Positions 38,698 through 49,428 of a DNA stretch of 64,000 bases are shown here, piece by piece. Position 1 is the stretch's first letter, and every line of letters starts with the position of its first letter. Both the position numbers and the translations under genes were made by a program. Source of the stretch: an uncultured Solirubrobacterales bacterium (lineage in GTDB: Bacteria > Actinomycetota > Thermoleophilia > Solirubrobacterales > Solirubrobacteraceae); NCBI GenBank assembly GCA_963843915.1, contig CAWJMH010000008.1:141409-205408 (forward strand), read 5' to 3'. Under the pieces are notes generated by a model that saw nothing but the letters and a program-made list of their open reading frames with translations, was not told the DNA's origin and searched no databases.

Positions 38698-39104
38698 TGG
38701 ATGAGCAGGGGGCGGCGGAGCTGCTGGAGGTCCGCGCAGACGACGACATCGTCCGCGCTCGGCGCTCCGCGCGCGAGCGGGCCGTTGCCGCGGGCCTGCG
38801 CCTGGTCGATCAGACCAAGCTGATCACCGCGGTCAGCGAGCTCGCGCGAAACATGACGCGCTATGCCGGCGGAGGCACGGTCGCGTTGTCCATTGTCCGC
38901 GACGGCGGTCGGCGCGGCGTCCGGGCGGCTTTCGTCGACGCGGGCCCGGGTATCGCCGACGTCGAGGAGGCGATGCGCAACGGTTACACGACCGGTACCG
39001 GGCTCGGCCTGGGCCTCGGCGGTGCCAAGCGGCTGGTGAACGAGTTCACGATCGAGACCGAGCCCGGACGGGGCACGACCGTAACGGTGACTATGTGGGG
39101 CTGA
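38697..39104 (+). CDS. rsbT: Stressosome kinase RsbT
   Basis: DIVRAR, DQTKLITAVSELARN, DAGPGI, GLGLGLGGAKRLVNEF. Confidence 0.95.
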   Translation: MDEQGAAELLEVRADDDIVRARRSARERAVAAGLRLVDQTKLITAVSELARNMTRYAGGGTVALSIVRDGGRRGVRAAFVDAGPGIADVEEAMRNGYTTGTGLGLGLGGAKRLVNEFTIETEPGRGTTVTVTMWG

Positions 39105-40078
39105 CGGCGCCGCTCCGGCTCCACGTTGGCGACTCCAGCGGCGTGGCGCCCGTCAGGCGGGCCGTCGCCAGGCTCGCGGCGAGCCTCGCGTTCTCCGACG
39201 AGGACGCCGGGCGGGCGATGCTGGTGGCAACCGAGCTGGCGACGAATCTGGTGCGGCACACCCAGGGCGGGGAGATCGTGCTCCGGGTCGCGAACGGCGC
39301 GCTGGACGTCGTGGCGTGGGATCGAGGCCCGGGGATGTCTGACGTCGACCGAAGCCTGGTCGACGGCTTCTCGACGGTCGGCGGCGCCGGCACGGGACTC
39401 GGGGCGGTCCGCCGGCTCGCCGATCGGTTCGCCCTGAACTCGGTCGCGCCCGGAGGGACGGTCGTCGCCGCGACCGTCGGCGGGTACGGCGCGACGCGGC
39501 CGGCCGACGGGCTCGCGCTGGCCGTCGCTCCCGAGATCGTCAGCGGCGATACGTGGGCTGTCTGCACCGCGGTCGCGGGCAGCAGCCTGATGCTCGCCGA
39601 CGGCCTCGGCCACGGCCCGGATGCCGCCGAGGCGTCGGAGCGCGCGTGCGAGGCATTGCGGCCGGCTGAGCCCGTGGAGGCGACGCTCGAGCGCGTGCAT
39701 GCCGCCCTGCGCCCGACGAGGGGAGCGGCCGTCGCCGTGGCACGGATCGACGAGCCTCGCGGCGTCCTGCAGTTCGCCGGAGTCGGCAACGTCTCCGCCG
39801 TACTGTGCTCGCGCGGGTCGAGCAAGGCGCTGACCTCCTTGAGCGGAACCGCGGGCCGTCAGATCAGGACGATCAGGTCGTTCGAGTACCCGCTTCCGGA
39901 CTCCGGACTGCTCGTCATGCACTCCGACGGCTGCCGCAACGGGTGGGATCTCGATGCCGATCCGGGCCTGCGCCGAAAGGCGCCGCTGCTGATTGCGGCG
40001 ACGCTGATCCGTGACTGGGAGCGGGGGCGGGATGATGTGAGCGTGGTCGTGTTGCCGTTGCCGGATCGACGCGCGTGA
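39095..40078 (+). CDS. HATPase plus PP2C/SpoIIE phosphatase (RsbX-like)
   Basis: ATELATNLVRH, GTGLGAVRRL, SGD, ADGLGHG, TRGAA, GVGNV, MHSDG, RDD. Confidence 0.9.
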   Translation: MGLTAPLRLHVGDSSGVAPVRRAVARLAASLAFSDEDAGRAMLVATELATNLVRHTQGGEIVLRVANGALDVVAWDRGPGMSDVDRSLVDGFSTVGGAGTGLGAVRRLADRFALNSVAPGGTVVAATVGGYGATRPADGLALAVAPEIVSGDTWAVCTAVAGSSLMLADGLGHGPDAAEASERACEALRPAEPVEATLERVHAALRPTRGAAVAVARIDEPRGVLQFAGVGNVSAVLCSRGSSKALTSLSGTAGRQIRTIRSFEYPLPDSGLLVMHSDGCRNGWDLDADPGLRRKAPLLIAATLIRDWERGRDDVSVVVLPLPDRRA

Positions 40079-41838
40079 ACGGGCGGCCTCGGATGCTGGC
40101 GGCCGTCGACCTGCATTTCGAGGACGGCGTCGTCCTCGCTCGCCAGCGCGCGCGGGAGGTGGCGTCGTTGCTCGGGTTCGACCACGGTGCACAGACACGC
40201 ATCGCCACCGCCGTATCCGAGCTCGCGCGCAACGCTCACCGCTATGCCGGCGGCGGGCGCGTGACCTTCGGACTCGACGACCGGAGTCTCACGGTGGAGG
40301 TCGTCGATCAGGGAAGCGGAATCGCCGACCTGGAGGCCGTGCTGTCGGGAACGTACGGATCGACCACCGGCATGGGACAGGGGCTGATCGGCGTCCGTCG
40401 GCTGATGGATGGGTTTGAGATCAGCTCGGGGACGTGGGGAACACGCGCGTGGACGTCCAAACGTCTGCCGGCTGGCACGGACCCGGGCGACATCGATGCT
40501 TACCGCGTGCGCGCGGACCTCGCGCGCAAATCATCGCGTTCGGCGTACGCCGAGGTCCAGGAGCAGAATCAGGAGCTGCTGCAGGCACTGAACGAGCTGC
40601 GAAGCCGCCAGGATGAGCTCGTCCAGCTCAATGTCGAGATCGAGGACACCAACCGCGGCGTAGTCGCGCTGTACGCGGAGCTCGACGACCGTGCCGAGCA
40701 ACTTCGGGACGCGGACGGCCGAAAGAGCCGGTTCCTGGCGGACATGAGCCACGAGCTGCGAACGCCGCTCAACTCGATCATCGCGCTGGCCGATCTGCTG
40801 TGCGACGGGGACGACGGTCTCACGGCAGAGCAGCGCACGCAGGTCGAGTACATCCGGCGGATGGCGACCGACGAGCTCCAGCTCGTCGGCGAGCTGCTCG
40901 ACCTCGCCAAGATCGAGGCCGGACGGCTCGACCTCGAGCTCCGCGCCTTGTCGGTGCCGGAGCTGTTCGCCGGCCTGCGGATCCAGCTGCGACCGCTGGT
41001 GGCCGGGTCCCCCGTCGCACTGCGCTTCTCCTGCGAGCCGCGGCTCCCGCCGCTCGTGACCGACGAGCGCAAGCTCGTTCAGATCATGCGGAACCTGATC
41101 GGCAACGCCGTCAAATACACGACCGAGGGTGAGGTGCTCGTGACTGCGTCGGCGGCCGGGGAGTTGCTCGAGCTCGCGGTGCAGGACACCGGGGTGGGGA
41201 TCGCGGAAGCCGACCTCGACCGGATCTTCGACGAGTTCGTCCAGGTCGCCGGCGAGCACCAGCGCAAGGCTCCCGGCACCGGACTGGGACTGCCCCTGAC
41301 GCGCAAGCTGGCGGGCGCGCTGGGCGGCTCGGTCACGGCTGGGAGCACGCCCGGGGTCGGCGCCCGGTTCGTGGTCACGTTGCCGTGGACGACACCCCGA
41401 CACGACGCCGCGCCGCCAGCCCAGGCAGGACCGGAGGCGCCCGGAACCCACCCGATTGTCGACCTCGTGCTGGTCGCCGACGACGACGCAGCCGCGCGCT
41501 ACGTCGTCCGCTCGCAGTTGCAAGGCGCGGTGCGCGAGATCGCGGAGGTCGATCGGGGCGCGTCCGCGCTCGAGTTCGTTGCCAGACGGCGGCCGTCCGT
41601 GATCGTGCTCGATGTCTCGATGCCGGATCTCGACGGGTTGGAGGTGCTAGCGCGTCTGCGCGCGACCCCCGCCCTGGCGGGATTACCGGTGATCGTGCAC
41701 ACCTCGAAGGTGCTCGCGCCGAACGAGCTCGACCGAGTCCAGCGGGATCAGGCGATCCTCGTCGACAAGGGAGACGCGTCCGCGACTCGACTGCTGGCGG
41801 CGGTTATGGAGGCCGCCCGGGGCGGGAGCGGTGGCTGA
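40075..41838 (+). CDS. Hybrid histidine kinase with an N-terminal RsbT-like ATPase domain and a C-terminal receiver
   Basis: QTRIATAVSELARN, EIEDTNRGVVALYAELD, MSHELRTPLNSI, NLIGNAVKYT, GTGLGL, LDVSMPDLDG. Confidence 0.93.
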   Translation: MNGRPRMLAAVDLHFEDGVVLARQRAREVASLLGFDHGAQTRIATAVSELARNAHRYAGGGRVTFGLDDRSLTVEVVDQGSGIADLEAVLSGTYGSTTGMGQGLIGVRRLMDGFEISSGTWGTRAWTSKRLPAGTDPGDIDAYRVRADLARKSSRSAYAEVQEQNQELLQALNELRSRQDELVQLNVEIEDTNRGVVALYAELDDRAEQLRDADGRKSRFLADMSHELRTPLNSIIALADLLCDGDDGLTAEQRTQVEYIRRMATDELQLVGELLDLAKIEAGRLDLELRALSVPELFAGLRIQLRPLVAGSPVALRFSCEPRLPPLVTDERKLVQIMRNLIGNAVKYTTEGEVLVTASAAGELLELAVQDTGVGIAEADLDRIFDEFVQVAGEHQRKAPGTGLGLPLTRKLAGALGGSVTAGSTPGVGARFVVTLPWTTPRHDAAPPAQAGPEAPGTHPIVDLVLVADDDAAARYVVRSQLQGAVREIAEVDRGASALEFVARRRPSVIVLDVSMPDLDGLEVLARLRATPALAGLPVIVHTSKVLAPNELDRVQRDQAILVDKGDASATRLLAAVMEAARGGSGG

Positions 41839-43345
41839 GCCGGTAGACATCCTGCTGGCCGACGACTCCGACGTCGGCCGGTACGTGATCGCGACGATGC
41901 TCCGCCGTGCAGGATTCTCCGTGCGCGAGGTCGCGGACGGCGCCGACGCGGTGCGGGAGGCGATCCTGCAACCGCCCGACCTCGCGGTCCTCGACGTCAA
42001 GATGCCAGGGCTCGGCGGCCTCGAGGCGTGCCGGCGCCTGAAGGCAGATCCGGCCACGAGCTTCGTCCCGGTGCTACTCCTTTCGGCGACGTTCCTGGAT
42101 CCCGCCGACCGCGTTGAGGGCCTCGACATCGGGGCCGACGCGTACCTGACTCAGCCGGTCGAGGCGCCGGTACTGATCGCGAGCATCAACTCGCTGCTCC
42201 GCGCTCGGGTCGCCGAGCGAAGCGAGCGGCTGATCGCGACCGAATGGCGAGTGACGTTCGATGCGATCGGTGACGCGGTCGTGCTGGTCGACTCCGAGCG
42301 CCGTGTACGCCGGTGCAACCGCGCGTTCGCCGCACTGGCCGGGGTCTCGTCCGACGAGGTCGCCGGGAAGCAACTCGACGAGCTGCTCCCAGCGCTGGCG
42401 GGCGCGGTACTCGCGCCGCGCTCCGCGGAGCTGACGATCGAGGTCGGCGAGCGGGTGCTGAGGCTGCATGTCGACGAGCTGCCAGATCCCGAGTCGGCGG
42501 GCCACGCCGTCGTCAGCCTCCGCGACGTCACGGCCGAGGCGGAGCTCGCGCGGGAGCGCGAGCGTGTGTTCCGGCGAGAACAACTGATCTCGACCACGCT
42601 CCAGCAGGCGCTTGTCCAGCCGCGCCTGCCGACGATCCCGGGGCTCCGCTTGAGCGCCAGGTACGCGCTGGCCGAGGCCGACATCGCCGTCGGCGGGGAC
42701 TGGTTTGACGCGATCAGGACCGAGCACGGAGTGTGGCTGGCGATCGGTGACATGGCCGGCCATGGCGTCGCCGCCGCGGCGCAGGCCGTGCAGCTCCGGC
42801 ACAACCTGCGCCTCCTCGCCGAGGAGGGATACGGGCCGGCGGAGGCGATGAGCCGACTCGGCGACCTGCTGGCCGACGCCGAGCTGATCGACACCGCGAC
42901 GGTCACCGTCGCCGCGATCAACGCCTCGCTGACCTCCGCGCTGATGGTGTGCGCGGGACACCCGCCGGCGATTCTGCTCGGCGCCGACGGCGGGACGCGC
43001 CTCATAGAAGAGGTCCACGGACCGATGCTCGGCTACCCGGGCGGACGGCACGAGGCGGTCTCGATCCCGATCGCCGAGGGTGACACCCTGGTGCTGTACA
43101 CCGACGGCCTGGTCGAGCGGCGGGACGAGACGATCGACGAAGGGATCGAGCGGCTGCGCGGCGTGGTCGCCGGGACGGCCGGGACCGATGTGGTCGAGCG
43201 CGCGTTCGCCGCGCTCGTGCCGCGGGCGCCGGCCGACGACGCGGCGATTCTCGTCGCCCATCGCCTCGCGCCCGAGCAGCGATCAGGGGCGTCTCGGTCG
43301 ACGCAGAGCGGCGTCAGCCCGAGCGTCTCGGAATGGCCGCGCTGA
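41831..43345 (+). CDS. Receiver-PAS-PP2C (RsbU/SpoIIE-type) phosphatase
   Basis: LADDS..LDVKMPG, TFDAIGDAVVLVD..CNRAF, VGGDWFD, GDMAGHG, AGHPP, YTDGLVE, DDAA. Confidence 0.93.
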   Translation: MAEPVDILLADDSDVGRYVIATMLRRAGFSVREVADGADAVREAILQPPDLAVLDVKMPGLGGLEACRRLKADPATSFVPVLLLSATFLDPADRVEGLDIGADAYLTQPVEAPVLIASINSLLRARVAERSERLIATEWRVTFDAIGDAVVLVDSERRVRRCNRAFAALAGVSSDEVAGKQLDELLPALAGAVLAPRSAELTIEVGERVLRLHVDELPDPESAGHAVVSLRDVTAEAELARERERVFRREQLISTTLQQALVQPRLPTIPGLRLSARYALAEADIAVGGDWFDAIRTEHGVWLAIGDMAGHGVAAAAQAVQLRHNLRLLAEEGYGPAEAMSRLGDLLADAELIDTATVTVAAINASLTSALMVCAGHPPAILLGADGGTRLIEEVHGPMLGYPGGRHEAVSIPIAEGDTLVLYTDGLVERRDETIDEGIERLRGVVAGTAGTDVVERAFAALVPRAPADDAAILVAHRLAPEQRSGASRSTQSGVSPSVSEWPR

Positions 43346-43405
43346 AGCTTTCCTCGTACGACCCGGCGCGGTAATTCTGGCCCCGGGGCCAGGCGCGCGA
43401 CGTGA

Positions 43406-43780
43406 TCAGTCGGTCGCCGTTATCCACGCGAGGGCGCCGTCGAAATCGTCGAGCGCGAACACCTGCACCTCGCAGGGCAGCATCCAGCTGAACGCGCGTA
43501 GAGATTTGCGCAGCCAGTCCGCGTCGCTCACGACGGCGATGCGATCCCACGCTCGGATGTGACCCAGGCCGACCTTGGCGTCCTCCCAGCTCGCGCCGGC
43601 CGTGTAGTCCGGGACGCCGTCGCGGAGAACGCACAGCACCCTGACCTTGCCGTTGGGTGAGGCCGCCTGCGCGGCTTCGAACGCGGGAACGACCAGTTGC
43701 TCGTAGTCCTTGGCCGTGACCTTGCCATCGGCCTCGAAGCCGAGGACCGTCGGTGGCAGACCAGGGATCAGCGTGAGCAT
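43406..43780 (-). CDS. SpoIIAA-like (STAS/SEC14) protein
   Basis: VLGFEADGKVTAKDY, WEDAKVG, RIAVVSD..W, ALAWI. Confidence 0.88.
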   Translation of the reverse strand: MLTLIPGLPPTVLGFEADGKVTAKDYEQLVVPAFEAAQAASPNGKVRVLCVLRDGVPDYTAGASWEDAKVGLGHIRAWDRIAVVSDADWLRKSLRAFSWMLPCEVQVFALDDFDGALAWITATD

Positions 43781-43831
43781 TTCGTGAAGCCTTCCCCCCG
43801 CGGACCGTATGCGCGGGGGCGGCCGCGAACG

Positions 43832-44113
43832 TCACCCGAACGGGGTGATGTCCGCAGCCCCGGCCCGATCTGGCGCGCGCCGGCGGGAGATCAACTGAGC
43901 GGCGAGGCTTGCTGCTGACACCGTCGCCCACGCCGCCTCGAGCAGCAGGAAGCCCCACTGACGGCCGCGCAGCGCCAGCACGGCGAGGACCGCCGAGCCG
44001 ATCAGATTCAGGGTCAGCGTGATCCGCGAGGACGGCTGGGCGAGACCCGCCTGGACGGCCGCGAACGCCGTCAGGATCACCAACGCCCCGGCGAGCTGGA
44101 GAAGACCGGACAT
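43832..44113 (-). CDS. Small membrane protein (CBU_0592-like)
   Basis: QLAGALVILTAF..LNLIGS..QWGFLLLEAAW; RBS AGGAGG. Confidence 0.8.
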   Translation of the reverse strand: MSGLLQLAGALVILTAFAAVQAGLAQPSSRITLTLNLIGSAVLAVLALRGRQWGFLLLEAAWATVSAASLAAQLISRRRAPDRAGAADITPFG

Positions 44114-44310
44114 GTCGAACCCTCCTGCGCGCGCCGTCGTTCAGACCGGGTACGGCGCGCCCTCTCGTCCGGGTCAACTCGAGCGAGTTGACTGAACGCG
44201 AGTCTAGCGGTGGCGGTCGGTGGCGCCGGCGATCGTGGGGTGTACGCTCGGAGCCATCACCCCAACCGGATGACGACCCGCGGCGACCGCGCCGATACAA
44301 GCACAGCACC

Positions 44311-45351
44311 ATGATCGAGATTCCCGCCGGCCGGTTTGCGATGGGCTCGACGGGCTTCTACGACGAGGAGGGGCCCGTGCAGGTGGTCGAGGTCGATGCG
44401 TTCGTGATCGACCCGGGGCCGGTCTCGGTGACCGAGTTCGCGCGGTTCACTGACGCGACGGGGTACGTGACGGTCGCCGAGCGCGAGCCCGATCCCGCCG
44501 ATTACCCCGACGCCGACCCGGCGCTGCTGGTAGAGGGATCAGCGGTGTTCCATCCGACCCCGGGGCCGGTGCCGCTCGACAACCCCGGCCGCTGGTGGGC
44601 GTATGTCGCCGGCGCGAACTGGCGACACCCCTGGGGGCCCGCGAGTGACAACTCCGGGCGCCAGGAACACCCTGTCACCCACGTCGCCTACGAGGACGCG
44701 GAGGCGTTCGCGACATGGGCGGGCAAGGCCCTGCCGACCGAGGCCGAGTGGGAATACGCTGCGCGCGGCGGACTCGAAGGCGCCGTGTTCGCCTGGGGGG
44801 ATGAGCAGCACCCCGGCGGTGATCTGATGGCGAATTTTTGGCAGGGCGACTTTCCCTGGCGCAACACGGGAGCAAAGGGATGGCGCGGCACCACCCCCGT
44901 CGGCCTGTTCTCCGCGAACGGCTATGGACTGTTCGATATGACGGGGAATGTGTGGGAGTGGACGAGTGACTATTACTCGGGGCGCGGGGCTGGCGGCGCC
45001 GGCGGTGACGGGGCCGAAGGCGCGGGCGAGTCGCGGAGCCCGTGCTGCGCGCCCCCCCGCAACCCACGAGTGACAACCCCCGACGCGAGCTACGACGTCG
45101 GCCAGCCCGGCGCTCACATTCCTCGCCGCGTGATCAAGGGCGGCTCACACCTATGCGCTCCGAGTTACTGCCTGCGCTACCGACCCGCCGCGCGTCAACC
45201 CGAGCCGATCGACACGTCGACCAGTCACCTCGGGTTCCGCTGCGTGGTGAGGACGGCGCGCGCGAGCGCGCTCGCGGCGTCGTCAAGCCCGCACGCGCGC
45301 AGCATCGCGACGCCGTCGTGCACGAGCTTGCCGACGGTCTCGCCCTGGTAG
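44311..45351 (+). CDS. Formylglycine-generating enzyme (SUMF1) family protein
   Basis: [75 protein letters not shown]. Confidence 0.93.
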   Translation: MIEIPAGRFAMGSTGFYDEEGPVQVVEVDAFVIDPGPVSVTEFARFTDATGYVTVAEREPDPADYPDADPALLVEGSAVFHPTPGPVPLDNPGRWWAYVAGANWRHPWGPASDNSGRQEHPVTHVAYEDAEAFATWAGKALPTEAEWEYAARGGLEGAVFAWGDEQHPGGDLMANFWQGDFPWRNTGAKGWRGTTPVGLFSANGYGLFDMTGNVWEWTSDYYSGRGAGGAGGDGAEGAGESRSPCCAPPRNPRVTTPDASYDVGQPGAHIPRRVIKGGSHLCAPSYCLRYRPAARQPEPIDTSTSHLGFRCVVRTARASALAASSSPHARSIATPSCTSLPTVSPW

Positions 45352-45629
45352 ATCCAGGCGGGGTTGCGCCGGTAGACCGACGCCAGCTTGCGGGCGCCCG
45401 AGGTCGCCGACGCCTCGAGGTTCGCGAGGTCGGCTCGGTGGTTCCCGGGGAACGCGGTGACCTGGTAGCTCAGGCCGCAGGCCGCCGCGATGTCACCGGT
45501 GGCGCTGTCGAGCTTCTTCGCCTGCGCGAATGGAGCCTGCGGTGGAGTCGGTCCGCACCCCGCGCCTCCGATCGCCAGGGCCAGCACAGCGGCCAGGGGC
45601 GCGAACGTCCTGCGGGTGGTCGTGGTCAT
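45225..45629 (-). CDS. Hypothetical lipoprotein, last gene of the Mrp-like operon
   Basis: [25 protein letters not shown] lipobox; ATG overlaps the mrpD-like stop. Confidence 0.65.
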   Translation of the reverse strand: MTTTTRRTFAPLAAVLALAIGGAGCGPTPPQAPFAQAKKLDSATGDIAAACGLSYQVTAFPGNHRADLANLEASATSGARKLASVYRRNPAWIYQGETVGKLVHDGVAMLRACGLDDAASALARAVLTTQRNPR

Positions 45630-47448
45630 GTCAGCAGAATCAGCGACGCGCCACCGAGCAGCGCCGCCGCGGCCGTCCACCACGCGATGTAATCGCCGAT
45701 ATGGCCGCTGTGGAGCCGGCGCAGCGCGGTGAGGGCGGCCCGCGGGGCCTCCTCGAACCCGCGCGGAAGGCGGCGGCGGAGCGGGGCGCCGAACAGCGTG
45801 AGCGCCGCGAGTGCGAGCGCGCCGAACGTGCTCACGGCGGCGTATGCGTAGTCGAACGTCTCGACGTGCGTCGGCGTGAGGGCGGGGTAGAGGGGCGACT
45901 GACCCCGCAGCACCCAGCTGGCGTAGGCCGCGTGGTCGGTGAACTGCGCGGCGGCTCGCTCGATCGCGGGCACGAGTCCGGGTATCAGGCCGGCCACGAC
46001 CGCGCCGAGGAGCAACGCTCCGGGCACGATCAGCATCAGCGGCGGAGTCACGTCGCGCTCGATCCGCTCCTCGTCCTGCTCGGGCGGCTGGCGCAGCTGG
46101 ACGTCCTCGTGGCGCTCTGACGCCCCCCAGCCGAGGAACACCCGCCCGGCAGCCCGCAGCACGGCGCCGCCGGTGAGGATCGAGGAGATCACGAACACCG
46201 CGGGAAGCCAGGGATAGTTGACCTCGAGCGCGCCGCCGTCGAGCAGCGACTTGCCGAAGAACGCGGTTACCCCCGGGAGCGCGCTCAGCACCAGCCCGCC
46301 GAGTGCGAACAGCACGCCGGCGATCCGGAGCTCGCGGCCCCTTGCCGTGCAGGTCGAACTCGTCGACGGTCCCGAACCGGTGCAGGAGCACCCCCACGAG
46401 CATGAACAGCGCGCCCTTCGTGAAACCGTGGCCGATCACGTACGCGGCAACCCCGGCGACGCCGTGGACGGTGAGGAATCCGACCCCGCACACGAACACG
46501 CCGATGTGGCTGATCGTCGAGAACGCCAGCAGTCGCTTCAGGTGGCGCTGCGCGTAGCACATGATCGCGCCCCACACGGCGGTCACCGTCCCGAGCGCGA
46601 CGAGGATCGCGCGGAGCTCGTCGGCGTGGGGGCCTAGTGTGCCGGCGAAGATCGTCCAGTACAGACGTGCGACGGCGTACACGCCGAGCTCGGCCATCAC
46701 GCCGGAGAACAGGACGCACACCGGCGTCGGCGCCACGGCATGCGCATCGGCTAGCCAGAAGTGCACCGGCACCGCGGCGGCCTTGGTCAGGAAGCCGAGG
46801 AACAGCAGCACCATCGCCACGACCACGAGTGCGTCGGCGCGGTGGCCGTCGAGCGCGGCGCCGATCTGTGCCATGTTCAGCGCCCCGGTCCGCGCGTACA
46901 GCAGAGCGAGCGCCGATGAAGATCGCGTACGCGCCGACGCTGTTGGTGATCGCGAAGTTGATCGCGCCCTGGATCGGCCCACGCTCCTCGATCCTGTACG
47001 CGGTCAGCGCGTAGGCCACGGTGCCCATCAGCTCGAAGAACACGAGCAGGTTGAACAGGTCGCCGGTCAGGCAGAAGCCCACCATCGCGGCCATGAACAG
47101 CAGCATCAGCGCGTGAAACAGGCCGTCGGCGGCATCGAAATACCGCCACGAGTACACGATCGCCGCCGTCACCAGAATCGCCGAGAACGTGGCCATCCCG
47201 GCGCCGATCGGATCGACCGAGAATGAGATCCCGATCGTCACCATGTGGCTCGGCCGCCAGCCACCCATCCAGTAGGCGAACGGATGCTTGGACGCGCGCA
47301 CGAGGAGGATCGCGCACATCGTGACGACGGCCAGCCCGACGCCGCCGGCGGCGAAGTCGTTCCCCAGCCGCGGCGTCCAGTGCCTGAGGGCGACGATCAT
47401 GGCGGCGCCCATCAGCGGCACCACGACGGGGAGCGCGGCGATGTGCAT
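45626..47448 (-). CDS. MrpD/NuoL-like proton-conducting antiporter subunit (two frameshifts)
   Basis: [68 protein letters not shown]. Confidence 0.9.
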
Positions 47449-47478
47449 CCCGGTGGCTGGCCGCTCCCTCCGGCGCCG

Positions 47479-47824
47479 CTAGTCGCGGAGAGCGCGGAGG
47501 TCTTGCGGGTCGAGGCTTCCGAAGCGCTTGTGGGCCTGGACGGCGAGCGGCGAGGAGCATCGCGGTGACCGTCGCCTCGATCACGATGTCGGTCAGCACG
47601 AGCACCTGCACGACCGGATCGACCGCTTTGGTCAACTGCGGGATGTCGGCGAAGATCGGCGCCTGGCCGCCTGTGCGGTAGCCGACGGCGAGCAGGACGA
47701 CGTACGTCGCCGACTGGACGATGGTCAGCGACAGAATCGCTCGCACCAGGTTCCGGCTCGAGACGATCCCGTACAGGCCGACGAGGAACAGCCAGGCCGC
47801 AACCGCGAACGGCAGGAAGCTCAT
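47479..47824 (-). CDS. MrpC-like antiporter subunit (frameshift near the 3' end)
   Basis: LFLVGLYGIVSSRNL, DPVVQVLVLTDIVI. Confidence 0.88.
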
Positions 47825-48582
47825 CGCTCCTCGGATCCCCTGACGAGGATTGCCTGATCGAGGAACTCACTCCACGCGACCAGGAACGCGCCGCTCACCT
47901 CGAGGCCGACGGCGACGCTCGCCACATCGATCTGGCCGGCCGAGAGCAGATGGCCGGGGATCCCCAGCGGCAGGAAGTTCTTGAAGAACACGCCGACGAA
48001 CACGAGGCCGCCGAGCCCCACCAGTCCGTACCCCATCGCCCCGATCGCGTCGCCGATCTCCACGACGGTGTGGGGAGCGAGGATCCGCATGCGCAGATAG
48101 CGCCCCGCGACGAACACCGCCAGCGGCGCCGTCGCCAGGATCACTCCGCCCTGGAAGCCGCCGCCGGGAGTGATCTGTCCGTGCACGACGATGTACACGC
48201 CAAGCGCGAGCAGGCCGGGCACCAGCACGAGCGCAAGGGCGCGAAGCGCTTCGCTTGCGCCGGCGAGCTGATGCTCGTCGGTCTCCTCCTGGTTCGGACG
48301 CTCGTGCTCCCCACGCAGCTGCCGGAGGATCAGCACGACCCCGAGCACCGAGGCGAACAGAATGAACTCCTCGCCGAGCGTGTCGAACGCACGGAAGTCG
48401 AAGTTCAGCGCGGTCACCAGGTCGGTGGCGTGGCGCTCGGTCACGCCGATCCCGTCGACCACCCGACCGTAGACGCCCTGGTAGTGGCCGAAGGCGGGGA
48501 GGCCCGCGAGGCCATAGACGAGCACCACGCCGAAGCCGGCGGCGCCGATCCCGAACAGCAGGAGCCGCGCCGTGCGGCTCAT
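47821..48582 (-). CDS. MrpB/MnhB-like antiporter subunit
   Basis: VTALNFDFRAFDTLGEEFIL, HGQITPGGGFQGG, VGLEV. Confidence 0.9.
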   Translation of the reverse strand: MSRTARLLLFGIGAAGFGVVLVYGLAGLPAFGHYQGVYGRVVDGIGVTERHATDLVTALNFDFRAFDTLGEEFILFASVLGVVLILRQLRGEHERPNQEETDEHQLAGASEALRALALVLVPGLLALGVYIVVHGQITPGGGFQGGVILATAPLAVFVAGRYLRMRILAPHTVVEIGDAIGAMGYGLVGLGGLVFVGVFFKNFLPLGIPGHLLSAGQIDVASVAVGLEVSGAFLVAWSEFLDQAILVRGSEER

Positions 48583-48845
48583 CGGTCCTGCTCCTCGCGC
48601 TCGCGCCGGCGCTCCTGCTCGTTCACCTTGCGCAGCGCGAGCAGGATCATCACCGGCAGGCCGACGGTCGAGACCACGATCTCGGACAGCGCCACGTCCG
48701 GCGCCTGGAAGACGAAGAACATCATCGTCAACGCCAGGCCGTAGACGCTGAGTACCAGCGTCTGCCGGAGCGGATCGGTGGCAGCAACGACGCCGCCGCC
48801 GAGGATTGCCACCGCGACCAGCGCCGCGATCTGGAGCAGCGTCAC
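48579..48845 (-). CDS. DUF4040 (MbhD-like) antiporter subunit
   Basis: QAPDVALSEIVV motif. Confidence 0.88.
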   Translation of the reverse strand: MTLLQIAALVAVAILGGGVVAATDPLRQTLVLSVYGLALTMMFFVFQAPDVALSEIVVSTVGLPVMILLALRKVNEQERRREREEQDR

Positions 48846-49167
48846 GGGTCCGACCCCTTCCGAGTCGTGTCCGTGTCCGCCAGTCGCCGAACTCGCGGAT
48901 CAGCATGCTGCGCGCGGTCGTCTGGACCAGCACCGGGCCGGCGAGCACGAGCACGATGCCGACGAGCAGCGCCTTGTCGCCGATCAGTGAGAACGACTCG
49001 CGGACGAGAACCGCGACCGCGACCAGGAACCCGCCGAACCCCGCAAGGCCGACGTAATGGAGCCGGTCATAGACGTTGCGCATCACGCACAGGCCGAGCA
49101 CCGCGATCAGCTCGAGCAGCCCGCCGGCGATCAGCAGGGCGACGGCGACGACCGCCCGCCAGCTCAC
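48842..49167 (-). CDS. MrpG-like antiporter subunit (frameshift near the 3' end)
   Basis: GLCVMRNVYDRLHY; three TM segments. Confidence 0.8.
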
Positions 49168-49415
49168 AGGTCGCGCTCCATCAGCCGTGCGAACACCAGC
49201 GAGCCGACCAGCGACATCGGAGCGAACACGACGGCCAGGTCAATGAACGGCTGACGATGAAAGCCCTCGGCCAGGAGCACGAGGATCGTCGTCAGCAGCA
49301 CCCCCGCCACCTCCAGCGCAACGAGGCCGCTCGGCGGATCCGACAGCAGCGCGAGCGCGCCGCACGGGATCAGCGCGACGCCGAGCAGGGTGGCTGCGAT
49401 CTCCCACTCGTTCAC
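49164..49415 (-). CDS. MrpF-like antiporter subunit
   Basis: LVALE..FIDLAVV..SLVGSLVFARLMER. Confidence 0.8.
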   Translation of the reverse strand: MNEWEIAATLLGVALIPCGALALLSDPPSGLVALEVAGVLLTTILVLLAEGFHRQPFIDLAVVFAPMSLVGSLVFARLMERDL

Positions 49416-49428
49416 GGTGGGTCCAGAC

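Noticed and set aside
47821-49167. 448-aa MrpG-MrpB fusion ORF
   Set aside because: A frameshift at the end of mrpG carries the frame across the DUF4040 gene in a non-coding register.
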